Assembly: GCA_031428635.1 (NCBI GenBank)
Contig: JANPPS010000270.1
Coordinates: 1-49,331, forward strand
From: Rhodospirillales bacterium
GTDB taxonomy: Bacteria; Pseudomonadota; Alphaproteobacteria; Acetobacterales; Acetobacteraceae
Length of the DNA stretch: 49,331 bases
Direction: 5' to 3'
Shown here piece by piece: positions 10,509-19,450 of the stretch (within the stretch, counting starts at the first letter, position 1; every line of letters begins with the position of its first letter). The position numbers and the translations under genes are program-made. The notes under the pieces are model-generated. The model made no database searches. It was given only the letters and a program-made list of their open reading frames with translations, and was not told where the DNA came from.

Positions 10509-10999
10509 TCTGGTACGGCATTCTCGCCGCCGCCGCCGTCCTAGTGGCCGACCAGGGCAGCAAGGCCTGGATGCTGTACGGCCTGCATCTGCCGGAGGTG
10601 GGACAGGTCGCGCTATTGCCGTTCTTTTCATTCACGTACGTCGAAAACCGCGGCGTCACGTTCGGCCTATTGACGCAAAGTGGTCCGGCAGGAGCCTGGA
10701 TCCTGGCGGCGGTGGCACTGGCGGTCGTGGCGGCGCTGGCCGTGTGGCTGCGCCGGGCGGAGACGGTGGGGGCGGCGTTGGCGCTGGGCGCGATTGGCGG
10801 CGGCGCGATCGGCAACGTGATCGATCGGCTCCGCTTTGGCTTCGTGGTCGACTTCCTGCACGCCTACGCGTTCGGGTGGTCATGGTACGTGTTCAACGTG
10901 GCCGACGCAGCGATCGTATGTGGCGTCGGCGTGCTGGTACTGGACGGCATACGCCCCCGCTTGCGAGCAACACAGCCCGGCACTAAACCGTCATCATGA
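10505..10999 (+). CDS. lspA: Lipoprotein signal peptidase (signal peptidase II)
   Basis: ENRGVTFG, GGAIGNVIDR, VVDF and FNVADA motifs. ATG 10505 overlaps the ileS stop (ATGA). Conserved ileS-lspA order. Confidence 0.9.
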   Translation: MIWYGILAAAAVLVADQGSKAWMLYGLHLPEVGQVALLPFFSFTYVENRGVTFGLLTQSGPAGAWILAAVALAVVAALAVWLRRAETVGAALALGAIGGGAIGNVIDRLRFGFVVDFLHAYAFGWSWYVFNVADAAIVCGVGVLVLDGIRPRLRATQPGTKPSS

Positions 11000-11538
11000 T
11001 TTACCGCGTCCTGATACCCGCGTGCCTCATCATACTGGCCGGCTGTAGCGGCGATGAGCTGACCCGCACGTTCGGCCTGACCCGTGACGCGCCGGACGAG
11101 TTCCAGGTCACGACGCGCGCGCCCCTATCGATGCCGCCCGACTTTCAGTTGCGCCCGCCCCGCCCGGGCACCACCCGTCCGCAGGAATTGACGCAGCGTC
11201 AGCAGGCCGAGGCGCTGTTGGCACCCGATAGCGTACTTGCCACCGGTCGCGCCACGCAGACCCGTGGGCAGGAGGCTTTAGTCGCCGCGGCCGGCCCCGC
11301 CGCACCGGCCGATATTCGTAACAAGGTCGATAACGAAGCGGCACTCGATACACCGACGCGCGACTTCACGGACCGCCTGCTGTTTTGGCGCGCCGCCCCC
11401 GCACCCGGCACGGCGGTAGACCCGCAGCGGGAGACGGCACGGCTGAGGCAGAACGCGGCCCTCGGGCAGTCGCCGGAGGACGGTCCGACACCTATTATCC
11501 AGCGTAAGCGCCAGGGCCTGTTCAGCAGTCTGTTCTAA
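10996..11538 (+). CDS. DUF3035-like lipoprotein
   Basis: Lipobox LAGC at aa 14-17, followed by GLTRDAPDEFQVTTRAPLSMPPDF, which I recognise as DUF3035-type sequence commonly found after lspA in alphaproteobacteria. ATGA overlap with lspA. Confidence 0.6.
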   Translation: MIYRVLIPACLIILAGCSGDELTRTFGLTRDAPDEFQVTTRAPLSMPPDFQLRPPRPGTTRPQELTQRQQAEALLAPDSVLATGRATQTRGQEALVAAAGPAAPADIRNKVDNEAALDTPTRDFTDRLLFWRAAPAPGTAVDPQRETARLRQNAALGQSPEDGPTPIIQRKRQGLFSSLF

Positions 11539-12120
11539 GTGGCTTCCACCGCAGCGGAAGTGCGTATCCGGCCGGGAACGGTCGCCGATGGCCCGGCGGT
11601 CGCGGCCATCTATGCTCCCTACGTACTCGGCCCTGGCGTGTCATTTGAACTGGCAGCACCCGATCCGGCCATAATGGCCCGACGGATCACGGAAACCCTG
11701 CCCACGCACCCCTGGCTGATCGCCGAACGGGATGGGCGCCCGGTCGCTTATGCCTATGCCGGCGTGTACGGCGTCCGGCCTGCCTATCGCTGGACAACAG
11801 AGGCCGCGATCTACGTCGACCCGTCCGAGCGTGGCCGGGGAGTGGGCCGGATCCTGTACCCCATACTACTCGCGGTGCTGCGGGCGCAGGGGTTTCGCTC
11901 CGCTTTGGCGCGGATCGCACTGCCTAATCCGGGCAGCACGCGGCTACATTCGCACTGCGGCTTCAGGCAGATCGGCACCCACCCAGACGCCGGGTACAAG
12001 CATGGGGTTTGGTATCCGATCGATTATTGGTCGTGCACGCTGAACGCGGCGGACCCGCCTGCCGAGCCGATCGCCTTTTCGGCCCTACCCGATCTGGCCG
12101 GGCTGCTGACTACGCCGTAA
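11539..12120 (+). CDS. GNAT family N-acetyltransferase (phosphinothricin acetyltransferase-like)
   Basis: GTG start directly after the TAA of the preceding gene. Contains an RGRGVGRILY acetyl-CoA-binding-type motif and a PAT-like layout. Confidence 0.7.
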   Translation: MASTAAEVRIRPGTVADGPAVAAIYAPYVLGPGVSFELAAPDPAIMARRITETLPTHPWLIAERDGRPVAYAYAGVYGVRPAYRWTTEAAIYVDPSERGRGVGRILYPILLAVLRAQGFRSALARIALPNPGSTRLHSHCGFRQIGTHPDAGYKHGVWYPIDYWSCTLNAADPPAEPIAFSALPDLAGLLTTP

Positions 12121-12391
12121 GCGTCAGCGACATCACGGCCGCGGCCGGCAGTGGCGCATACAAATGCGGAAACGGGTCCATGCCGGGCTCGCTCGCCTCC
12201 CACCGCACATCACCGAGCTGGGCCGGGTCCAAATGAAGGATGACCAGCCCGAACTGCCCGGCGAAATGCTGCGCCAATACGAACGGCAATTGCCCGGCCG
12301 TGCACAGGTGCCAAAACGACGTCGTGGGCCGGGTCCTCTCCCGGATCAGCTGCGCCCAGCCGGCCTGCGTCGTGACATGCAACAGCGTCAT
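12110..12391 (-). CDS. DUF952 family protein
   Basis: From ATG 12391: ...CTAGQLPFVLAQHFAGQ...LVILHLDPAQL...VRWE...FPHLYAPL, matching the DUF952 pattern. ATGA overlap with the upstream SemiSWEET gene. Confidence 0.6.
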   Translation of the reverse strand: MTLLHVTTQAGWAQLIRERTRPTTSFWHLCTAGQLPFVLAQHFAGQFGLVILHLDPAQLGDVRWEASEPGMDPFPHLYAPLPAAAVMSLTLTA

Positions 12392-12648
12392 CCGCGCCGC
12401 AGCTTCACAACCAGGATGTACCCCGCCAGCCCCAGCGTCACGAAATTGGCCGCGATCACGCTGATGGAACCGAGCAGCAGCCCGTAGCCCAGCCATAATG
12501 CGACGCCGGTCACAAACATCAGCAGCATCGGCAGGCTGAAATCACTCGCCTGACCGGACCGCCGGGTCCGCTGCACCTGCGGCACGAACGCCAACGTTGT
12601 GAGAATACCTGCCGCCAGCCCCACCCATTCGCGCACGTCATCCGTCAT
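12388..12648 (-). CDS. SemiSWEET / PQ-loop family small transporter
   Basis: 86 aa from ATG 12648, with three predicted TM helices and a PQ motif (LAFVPQVQRT). Confidence 0.65.
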   Translation of the reverse strand: MTDDVREWVGLAAGILTTLAFVPQVQRTRRSGQASDFSLPMLLMFVTGVALWLGYGLLLGSISVIAANFVTLGLAGYILVVKLRRG

Positions 12649-12698
12649 GTTGCGCCTGCGCCTTGTACCCAAACTTTCCCTTCCGTATGCAGGGCCGC

Positions 12699-13943
12699 AT
12701 GACGTCCGGCAACCCAACCCCCCTGATTTATCTGATGGCGGGGGAAGCGAGCGGGGACGTGATCGGCGCCCGCCTGATGGCCGCCATCACCGCCGTCCGG
12801 CCCGGCACGCGCTATGCCGGCGTGGGTGGCCCACGCATGGCGGAGCTGGGGTTCGACAGCCTGTATCCCATGTCCGACCTGGCGGTGATGGGCATCGTCG
12901 AGGTCATTCCCCGCATCCGTCGCCTGCGCCGCCGCCTGCGGCAGAACCTGGCCGACATCGCCGCACAAGCGCCCGACGTGGTGGTCACGATCGATAGCCC
13001 GGGCTTCATGCACTGGCTGCTGGAGAGCCTGGCCAAACGCGGCGTGCCGCGCATCCATTACGTGGCCCCGCAGGTCTGGGCATGGCGCGCGCACCGGGTG
13101 AAGCGCTATCCGGGATTGTGGAACCGGCTGCTGTGCCTGCTGCCGTTCGAGCCCGCGTGGTTCGCGCAGCATGGTCTCGACGCGCAATTCGTGGGTCACC
13201 CGGTGCTGGAATCGGGCGCGGGCCAGGGTAACGCCGCCCGGTTCCGCGCCACCCACAACCTGCAAGCCAACCAGCCCATCCTGATTTTGATGCCCGGCAG
13301 CCGACGGAGTGAGGTGCCGCGCCTGCTTCCGGTGTTCGGCCGTACGCTGGAGCGGCTGGCGGTGCACGAAACGTCGCTACGCCCGGTTGTGCCCGTATCC
13401 GCCGCCGTGGCCGACACCGTGCGCCGGATGACGGCGGGCTGGCCGGTGCAGCCAATCATTGTGACGGACCTGCAGGATAAGCACGACGCCTATGCCGCCG
13501 CCGCAGCCGGTCCGGGTGCGGCGCTGACCAAGTCCGGCACATCGACGCTGGAGCTGGCGTTGGCCGGCGTGCCGATGGCGGTAACGTATCGGGTGAACGC
13601 CATCAGCGCCGCGATGGCGCGCCGCATGATCACCGTGCCGCATGTGGCGATGGTCAATCTGCTGGCCGGGCGCGCCGTCGTGCCGGAGTTGCTGCAGCAG
13701 GATTGCACGGCGGAGAAGCTGTCCCGCACCGTACTCACCCTATTACGCGATCCGGCGATCGGCGCGGCGCAACGGGCGGCGTTTGGTGAGGTTATGGCGT
13801 CGCTGGCACCCCCTAACATGCGTCCGAGTGAGGCTGCGGCGCTGGAAGTATTGGGCGTGTTGGATGGGCTGACGTCGACGAACGGTACTGGTAGCGGGGC
13901 GGCGCTTGCACGGGCACCGTTCCGGTTTCATAGACGCGCATGA
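12699..13943 (+). CDS. lpxB: Lipid-A-disaccharide synthase
   Basis: N-terminal LMAGEASGDVIGARLM, YVAPQVWAWR and GTSTLELALAGVPM signatures of LpxB (GT19). ATG 12699 is preferred over 12663. Confidence 0.9.
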   Translation: MTSGNPTPLIYLMAGEASGDVIGARLMAAITAVRPGTRYAGVGGPRMAELGFDSLYPMSDLAVMGIVEVIPRIRRLRRRLRQNLADIAAQAPDVVVTIDSPGFMHWLLESLAKRGVPRIHYVAPQVWAWRAHRVKRYPGLWNRLLCLLPFEPAWFAQHGLDAQFVGHPVLESGAGQGNAARFRATHNLQANQPILILMPGSRRSEVPRLLPVFGRTLERLAVHETSLRPVVPVSAAVADTVRRMTAGWPVQPIIVTDLQDKHDAYAAAAAGPGAALTKSGTSTLELALAGVPMAVTYRVNAISAAMARRMITVPHVAMVNLLAGRAVVPELLQQDCTAEKLSRTVLTLLRDPAIGAAQRAAFGEVMASLAPPNMRPSEAAALEVLGVLDGLTSTNGTGSGAALARAPFRFHRRA

Positions 13944-16144
13944 ACCCCCTGCCGCCCGCGACTGTCGCCCCGCCCACCATTACGTGGCCCGGACCGGGCG
14001 CGCCGCCACCGGACCTTGCCGCCCTCGTCTGCCCCAACTGCGGCAGTACGGCGCCGAAATCGTTCGTGCTGTCTATCGATGTGCAGCTACCCGACAACCC
14101 GGGCCGATCCCTGCGCGTCGCCGGCTGTCCGGATTGCGGCGCCCGCTTCTACGACGGCCAAACCCCGCCCGATTACGCCGAGCCCGGCCTGAACGATCGC
14201 GGCCGCGTCCCGTTTTATGTGCAGCAGGGCGCCGGTGTATCGCTGATCACCCGCCCGATCGCCCAAGTCAGCCGCCCGCCGGGCACAACGTATCTGGAGG
14301 TCGGGTGCGGCTACGGCTTCGGCCTCGACTACGCCATCAACACGCGGGGCTGGCGCGGCCGCGGCATCGACCCGGCGCCACTCGCCGCCCTCGGTCGGGA
14401 CGCGCTGCTTCTACCGATCGAGCTGCGGTACCTGCGGGACGACGATGAGGCGCGGGGCACGATCGAAGTCGTGCTTGGCTCTGAAGTGATCGAGCACGTG
14501 ACGTCGCCGGCCGGCTTCGTCCGTACGCTGCGGGCCATGCTGGCGCCGGGCGGCGTGCTGATACTGACCACGCCCAACGGCCTCGACATTCGTCCCGAAA
14601 CCCCGCCCGGCGTGCTTATCCCACTGCTATCGCCCTGCCTGCATCTGACGATCCAGACCCCGGACAGCCTGCGCGGGCTGCTGAGCCAGGCGGGCTTCGG
14701 CCATATCGAGATCGAGATCGACAGCCACTCCCTGGTCGCATTTGCCAGCGACGCCCCGATTGCGCTGGAACAGGACGCCGCCACGCTACGCCGGGCGTTA
14801 CGGTCGCATTTGGGCACACGCGGGCACGCGCTGGGTGCGAACGGCCCGATCGATCTGGTGCTGGGTTTTGCCGGCCGTGGGTACATGGAGGCTGTGAACG
14901 ACGGTGCGTTAGACGAGGCCGATGCGCTCTGGCCGCTACTGACCGCCGCCTGCCAATCGCAGTTCAGCTTCGATCTCAACACGATCGAGGCGCTGCCGGA
15001 TGGCGTGGCAGCATTGGCGCTCGAGGCGATGGCGCACCGGGTACCGCTTAATTTGGGCGGACTAGTCTATGCGCATTCGATCCGGCAACTGACCGCCGGT
15101 ATGCCCCGCCCGGCGCTGGCGGCGCGTTTCCGGCTGGCGGCGGCGGCGGCGGCGGCGATGCGTCACGCGCTGGGCGGGCTGGCGATGGAGGACGGCCAGA
15201 CCGAGGATATCGGCTGGACCGCGCTGGCGGAGGCGGCGCTGTGTGACGCGGCGGGGGGCATGGCCGCGGCGCTACTCGACCTGCCCGGTGCCCCACAGCC
15301 TGGGCGACGCCGGATCATGCTGGCGCGTGGCTTCGGCATGCTGGCCAGCGCCGGGCACCACGGGGCGGCACGGGCATTGCTGGCCGACCCGGACCTGCAT
15401 GATGCCGAAGCCGATCCGCTGACGCCGTTCAAGCGGGATACGCTGTTCTTTCGCGCCGTGCTCGCGCGGCAACCGGACGCGCCCGACGCGGCTGCGGCAG
15501 CCGACTGGTTCGCGCGCGTGCGGGCAGCGTCGGCGCCGGGCCGCGACTCCGACAGCGACGGCCTGTGGTGGGCGGCGTTGCGGGGCGGCGCACAGGCGCT
15601 GGGCGAAGCCGGCACGGACCTATTGGTCGAAGTGGAGGCCACCCGCCCTGGGCTCGATTGGCCGGAGGACCTCGCGTTCCAAGTCACGCAGGCGCTGGTG
15701 GAGCGAGATGCTCCCGGTCTGGCCCCGCGGCTCGTACGGCTGACATCGGCGCAGCAGGCGGTTGTGATCGGCCCGCTGGTCAACACCGGCCGGCTATCGC
15801 TGGCCCGCACGATGCTGGCATCCGGTACTATGGCGGCACCCACCGACCTATCCGACCCGGCCGAGCGCGACCGGCTATTTTTCATGGCCATGGTCGATGC
15901 GGAGATCGTGGACGGCCGTCCCGCCGGGGATCCCGCCCGCGCCGTACCCCGCTTCGGCGCCGTCCGCGCCGCGACGGAGCCCGGGTCAGGGCTGTGGATA
16001 GCGGCCCTGCGGGGTGAGTTACAGGCGCTAGATCTACAGGGTCGGCAAAAAGACGCGGCCGGGCGCGTGCGCGAGGTTACTCTCGCCCACCCCGTCGTGA
16101 CGCTGGCGCCTGACATCCTAGTGCGCATCGGCGTCAAAGTTTGA
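13940..16144 (+). CDS. Zinc-ribbon + class I SAM-dependent methyltransferase fused to a ~450-aa Ala-rich repeat domain of unknown function
   Basis: CPNCG...CPDCG pair. Methyltransferase motif I YLEVGCGYGFG, plus VVLGSEVIEHV and GGVLILTTPN. The C-terminal ~450 aa have no motif I recognise but contain an internal ~80-aa duplication. ATGA overlap with lpxB. Confidence 0.7.
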   Translation: MNPLPPATVAPPTITWPGPGAPPPDLAALVCPNCGSTAPKSFVLSIDVQLPDNPGRSLRVAGCPDCGARFYDGQTPPDYAEPGLNDRGRVPFYVQQGAGVSLITRPIAQVSRPPGTTYLEVGCGYGFGLDYAINTRGWRGRGIDPAPLAALGRDALLLPIELRYLRDDDEARGTIEVVLGSEVIEHVTSPAGFVRTLRAMLAPGGVLILTTPNGLDIRPETPPGVLIPLLSPCLHLTIQTPDSLRGLLSQAGFGHIEIEIDSHSLVAFASDAPIALEQDAATLRRALRSHLGTRGHALGANGPIDLVLGFAGRGYMEAVNDGALDEADALWPLLTAACQSQFSFDLNTIEALPDGVAALALEAMAHRVPLNLGGLVYAHSIRQLTAGMPRPALAARFRLAAAAAAAMRHALGGLAMEDGQTEDIGWTALAEAALCDAAGGMAAALLDLPGAPQPGRRRIMLARGFGMLASAGHHGAARALLADPDLHDAEADPLTPFKRDTLFFRAVLARQPDAPDAAAAADWFARVRAASAPGRDSDSDGLWWAALRGGAQALGEAGTDLLVEVEATRPGLDWPEDLAFQVTQALVERDAPGLAPRLVRLTSAQQAVVIGPLVNTGRLSLARTMLASGTMAAPTDLSDPAERDRLFFMAMVDAEIVDGRPAGDPARAVPRFGAVRAATEPGSGLWIAALRGELQALDLQGRQKDAAGRVREVTLAHPVVTLAPDILVRIGVKV

Positions 16145-17190
16145 TTCGCAAAGCGATCCGGGCCGGTATCCGACGCGCTTACCTAGGCGTCCGCTACAAC
16201 CTCGGACCCCGGATCGGTCACGTGCTAATGGCCCGGCGCAGCCCGCATGCGGTGCTGTCCCGCTGGCCCGACGGTCCGTTCGACCTGGGGCCACGCGCGT
16301 GCGTGTTCGTACACTGGGATAGCGCCGGCGCTGTGCGGGATCATGTGCTGAACCAGTTGCGCGCGCTGCAGGCTGCCGGCGTGTCGACCGTCTTTGTCAC
16401 CAATGCCGGCCGGCTGACACGCGCCGCGACCGAGGCCGTTCGGCCCCTGGTCGCTGGCATTCTGGTCCGGGACAATGTCGGCTATGATTTCTGTGCCTGG
16501 CGCGATGGGCTGGAGCAGGCAGCCCTTCCCCGCCCGGATACGGCCATGGTGTTGCTGGCCAATGACAGCGTGTACGGCCCGCTACGCCCGCTCGGCCCGC
16601 TATTGGACGGGATCGACTTTACCCAGGCCGAATGTTGGGGTGCTACCGAGAGCTGGCAGCATCGCTACCACCTGCAATCCTATTTGCTTGCGTTCAGCCC
16701 GGCGGTTGTGGCGAGCGACGCGTGGCGCCTTTTCTGGGCCGGCGTGCGCCCAACCTGGTCAAAGAACTGGCTAATCCGAATCTACGAAATCGGTCTGACG
16801 CAGGCGATGCTAAAGGCGGGCTTCCGGTGCCGGGCCGTGTGGCCGTATGCGGCGATGAGCCAGGCGATCGATCCACTACTGCTGCGCGACGATGATGAGA
16901 CGGGGCTCAATCTGGCGGACCCGGCGGTTCAGGTGCGCCGGACCCACGCGAGCCGCATTCGTGCCGCCGCCGTACGCCGCCAGCCGCTCAATCCCACCAG
17001 CGACCTATGGCGGCAGCTATTGGCGGCCGGATACCCGTTTTTGAAGCGGGAGCTGTTGCGGGATAACCCCACCTTCGTGCTCGACATCGGCGATTGGCGG
17101 GACGTGGTAGGCGCAATGGGTGTACCGGATGCCATTATCGAGCCGATCGAGCGGGACTTGCAGCGGACGCTGAAGGACCGCTCGGCGTAG
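16141..17190 (+). CDS. RgpF/COG3754-like polysaccharide biosynthesis protein (putative glycosyltransferase)
   Basis: DNVGYDFCAWRDGL, LLANDSVYGPL and HLQSYLLAFS resemble rhamnan-synthesis-F family signatures. TTG 16141 overlaps the upstream TGA; the alternative ATG at 16228 makes the start uncertain. Confidence 0.55.
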   Translation: MIRKAIRAGIRRAYLGVRYNLGPRIGHVLMARRSPHAVLSRWPDGPFDLGPRACVFVHWDSAGAVRDHVLNQLRALQAAGVSTVFVTNAGRLTRAATEAVRPLVAGILVRDNVGYDFCAWRDGLEQAALPRPDTAMVLLANDSVYGPLRPLGPLLDGIDFTQAECWGATESWQHRYHLQSYLLAFSPAVVASDAWRLFWAGVRPTWSKNWLIRIYEIGLTQAMLKAGFRCRAVWPYAAMSQAIDPLLLRDDDETGLNLADPAVQVRRTHASRIRAAAVRRQPLNPTSDLWRQLLAAGYPFLKRELLRDNPTFVLDIGDWRDVVGAMGVPDAIIEPIERDLQRTLKDRSA

Positions 17191-17208
17191 TCGCTACGTT
17201 TTTGGGTG

Positions 17209-17242
17209 GGGAGCGGCTTCGGCCACCATGGCTCCCGCTTTT
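17209..17242 (+). terminator. Possible intrinsic terminator after the RgpF-like gene
   Basis: GGGAGC (17209-17214) pairs with GCTCCC (17231-17236) across a 16-nt loop, followed by GCTTTT. It lies between convergent genes. Confidence 0.35.
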
Positions 17243-17348
17243 GTACTATCGCGGGATCACGGCAAGGCTGTCACGCAGGTTCACCGGCATCTGGGCCCGA
17301 CACCGAGCATAAGGCATCAGGCAGCCCAGACGCACCCGCCGAGCCCCT

Positions 17349-18554
17349 CTACGTGCACGCCCCAAGAGGCGGGTTCGACTCCTCCGCAGGAATTGTCGCC
17401 ACCAAGTTATACAGGTCCCATGGCCCACGGCTTTGTGCCGGCGTCTTGCACTCCATCAGGTACGCCGGGTGCATCGCCTGCCCGTCCTGGCGAATGCGGA
17501 TGCTTCCATAGCAATCGTCGTCGGTGGGCATCGCCTTCATTCGCGTCACCGTATCGGTGCCGCTCGCCTTCGCTGCCGGCACGCCCAAATCGGCGGCCGC
17601 TTTCAGGTAATGCAGCGTCGCCGCATACGTCCCCGCCTGCTCCGAGCTGACATAGTTACCGCCCAGCTTGCCTTTGATCCGGTCCATGAACGCCCGCGTC
17701 CGTGGGTTCAGGTCCCAGTAAAAGCTCTCTGTCAGAAGAAGTCCTTGCGCTGTTTCCAGGCCCAACGAGTGGATGACCTGGATGAATGCCAGCATCGCCG
17801 CAATCCGCTTACCGTCTCGGGCCAGTCCGAATTCTCGCGCCTGTTTGACACAGTTCACCGCGTCGATCCCGGCATTACCGAACGCGATCACATCGGCACC
17901 GCTGGCCTGCGCCTGCAATAGATACGACGAGAAATCAGTGGTGCTTGGGAATGGATAGGCGGTGCTGCCGAGCACCTTACCACCGGCCTTGTTGACGAAC
18001 TCGGTCGCCGTCGCCGTCAGGTCCCGGCCGAATACGTAATCCGCCACGACGAAGAACCACGTCTTACCACCGGCCCGAACGTTCGCGCCGGCCGAGCTCG
18101 CCAGCATGGTCGTATTGTAACCCCAATGTACCGTGTTTCCGGAGCAGGTCGCCGTCAGTGCCGTGGAGGCAGCGCCGGTGTTGAGATATGCTTTGTTCTT
18201 TTCCTTGGCGATTGCGTTTACGGCGAGTGCGACGGCGGAGTTCGGAACGTCCGTAATCATGTCGACACCGCTGTCGAACCATTGCCGAGCAAGCGCCGCA
18301 CCGACATCGGGTTTGTTCTGATGATCCCCTTCGATCACCTCGACCTTAAGGCCACGCGACCCCGCGAAATCCTGCACCGCTTGCCGCGCACACGCCACCG
18401 ATGTCGGGCCAGACGTGTCGCTGTACGGCCCCGATAGATCGGTCAGCACTCCAATCCGCAGCGTCTCATTAGGCGGACTCTGCGCCCAAGTCCGGTGGCT
18501 AAGTACCGGCGCCAGCGCCGCCGATATCAAAAGAGTCCGGCGATCGAACGTCAT
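17349..18554 (-). CDS. ABC transporter periplasmic substrate-binding protein (LivJ/Peripla_BP_6-like)
   Basis: RR-containing signal peptide (MTFDRRTLLISAALAPVL...WAQ) and LRIGVLTDLSGPYSD, typical of branched-chain amino acid/amide binding proteins. GGAGG lies 9 nt upstream of the ATG. Confidence 0.8.
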   Translation of the reverse strand: MTFDRRTLLISAALAPVLSHRTWAQSPPNETLRIGVLTDLSGPYSDTSGPTSVACARQAVQDFAGSRGLKVEVIEGDHQNKPDVGAALARQWFDSGVDMITDVPNSAVALAVNAIAKEKNKAYLNTGAASTALTATCSGNTVHWGYNTTMLASSAGANVRAGGKTWFFVVADYVFGRDLTATATEFVNKAGGKVLGSTAYPFPSTTDFSSYLLQAQASGADVIAFGNAGIDAVNCVKQAREFGLARDGKRIAAMLAFIQVIHSLGLETAQGLLLTESFYWDLNPRTRAFMDRIKGKLGGNYVSSEQAGTYAATLHYLKAAADLGVPAAKASGTDTVTRMKAMPTDDDCYGSIRIRQDGQAMHPAYLMECKTPAQSRGPWDLYNLVATIPAEESNPPLGACT

Positions 18555-18657
18555 GGCAACGGTCCCTCCACACGATTCCTGGCTTAAAATACCAGGTTCT
18601 GTGTACGAGCATTAACCGTGTCGCACCAAAGAACCATAGCAAAGCGTCGTACAGTCC

Positions 18658-18693
18658 GTAATAAAATGCGGCCGAGACCGGATTGGTGACCGC
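18658..18693 (-). terminator. Possible intrinsic terminator downstream of nusG
   Basis: On the minus strand, GCGGUC...GGCCGC forms a 6-bp stem (one G-U pair) with a 14-nt loop, followed by AUUUUAUU. Confidence 0.35.
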
Positions 18694-18893
18694 ACGAGGC
18701 CACACCACCAGCCTGCGTGTTCGACACACAGGACGCAGGCGCTCAATCCACGTGGCGACGCGTGGAACTGGCTGTCTCGCCGCGTGACCGGATACCTACG
18801 ACCGCATCACGGGAGGGGGCGGATGCTAGTCACCAAGTACTAACACCCGCCAGCCTTACCCGCGAGGGGGCAACGCTTTGACTACAAGCGCGC

Positions 18894-19424
18894 CTACAGC
18901 TTCTCAACCTGGCTGTACTCCAGCTCCACCGGCGTCGACCGGCCGAAGATCGAGACGCTGACCTTCACGCGGCCCTTCTCCTCGTCCACTTCCTCGACCG
19001 TGCCGTTGAAGCTGGTGAACGGGCCGTCGGCGACACGCACCTGCTCGCCGATTTCGAACAGGATGGCGGGGCGCGCACGCTCCACACCCTCGGCGGATTG
19101 CTTAATAATCCGGTCGGCCTCGGCGTCCGTGATCGGGGACGGCCGGGTCTTGGTGCCCAGGAAGCCGGTGACCTTCGGCGTATCCTTGATCAAGTGCCAG
19201 GTCTGGTCCGTCATCTCCATCTTCACCAGTACGTAGCCGGGGAAGAACTTACGCTCGGCATTAATCTTCTGGCCGCGCCGGATTTCTACCACCTCTTCGG
19301 CTGGCACCAGCACCTCATCCACCAGGTCGGCTAGGCCCTTTTGCGCGGCCTGCTCCTTGACCTGCTGCGCGATCTTCTTCTCGAATCCCGAATAGACGTG
19401 GACGACGTACCACCGCTTGGCCAT
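18894..19424 (-). CDS. nusG: Transcription termination/antitermination factor NusG
   Basis: 176 aa from ATG 19424 (MAKRWYVVHVYSGFEKK...). NGN domain plus KOW motif (GEQVRVADGPFTSFNGTVEEVD). Confidence 0.95.
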   Translation of the reverse strand: MAKRWYVVHVYSGFEKKIAQQVKEQAAQKGLADLVDEVLVPAEEVVEIRRGQKINAERKFFPGYVLVKMEMTDQTWHLIKDTPKVTGFLGTKTRPSPITDAEADRIIKQSAEGVERARPAILFEIGEQVRVADGPFTSFNGTVEEVDEEKGRVKVSVSIFGRSTPVELEYSQVEKL

Positions 19425-19450
19425 GGCCTTACTCTCAACCCCCAACATGG

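Noticed and set aside
15163-16137. 324-aa ORF antisense to the methyltransferase-fusion gene. Similar long antisense or alternate-frame ORFs occur elsewhere, e.g. 327..1097(-), 8070..8666(-), 12645..13367(-), 30504..31151(-), 33974..34822(-), 36604..37215(-).
   Set aside because: These are typical stop-codon-poor shadow ORFs of a high-GC genome. Their translations are Arg/Ala/Pro/Gly-rich and motif-free, and each overlaps a gene with clear family signatures on the other strand or frame.
18711-18740. Hairpin GCCTGCGT-(14 nt)-ACGCAGGC downstream of nusG.
   Set aside because: There is no U-tract on either strand. The alternative hairpin at 18668-18693, which has a U-tract, is the better terminator candidate.
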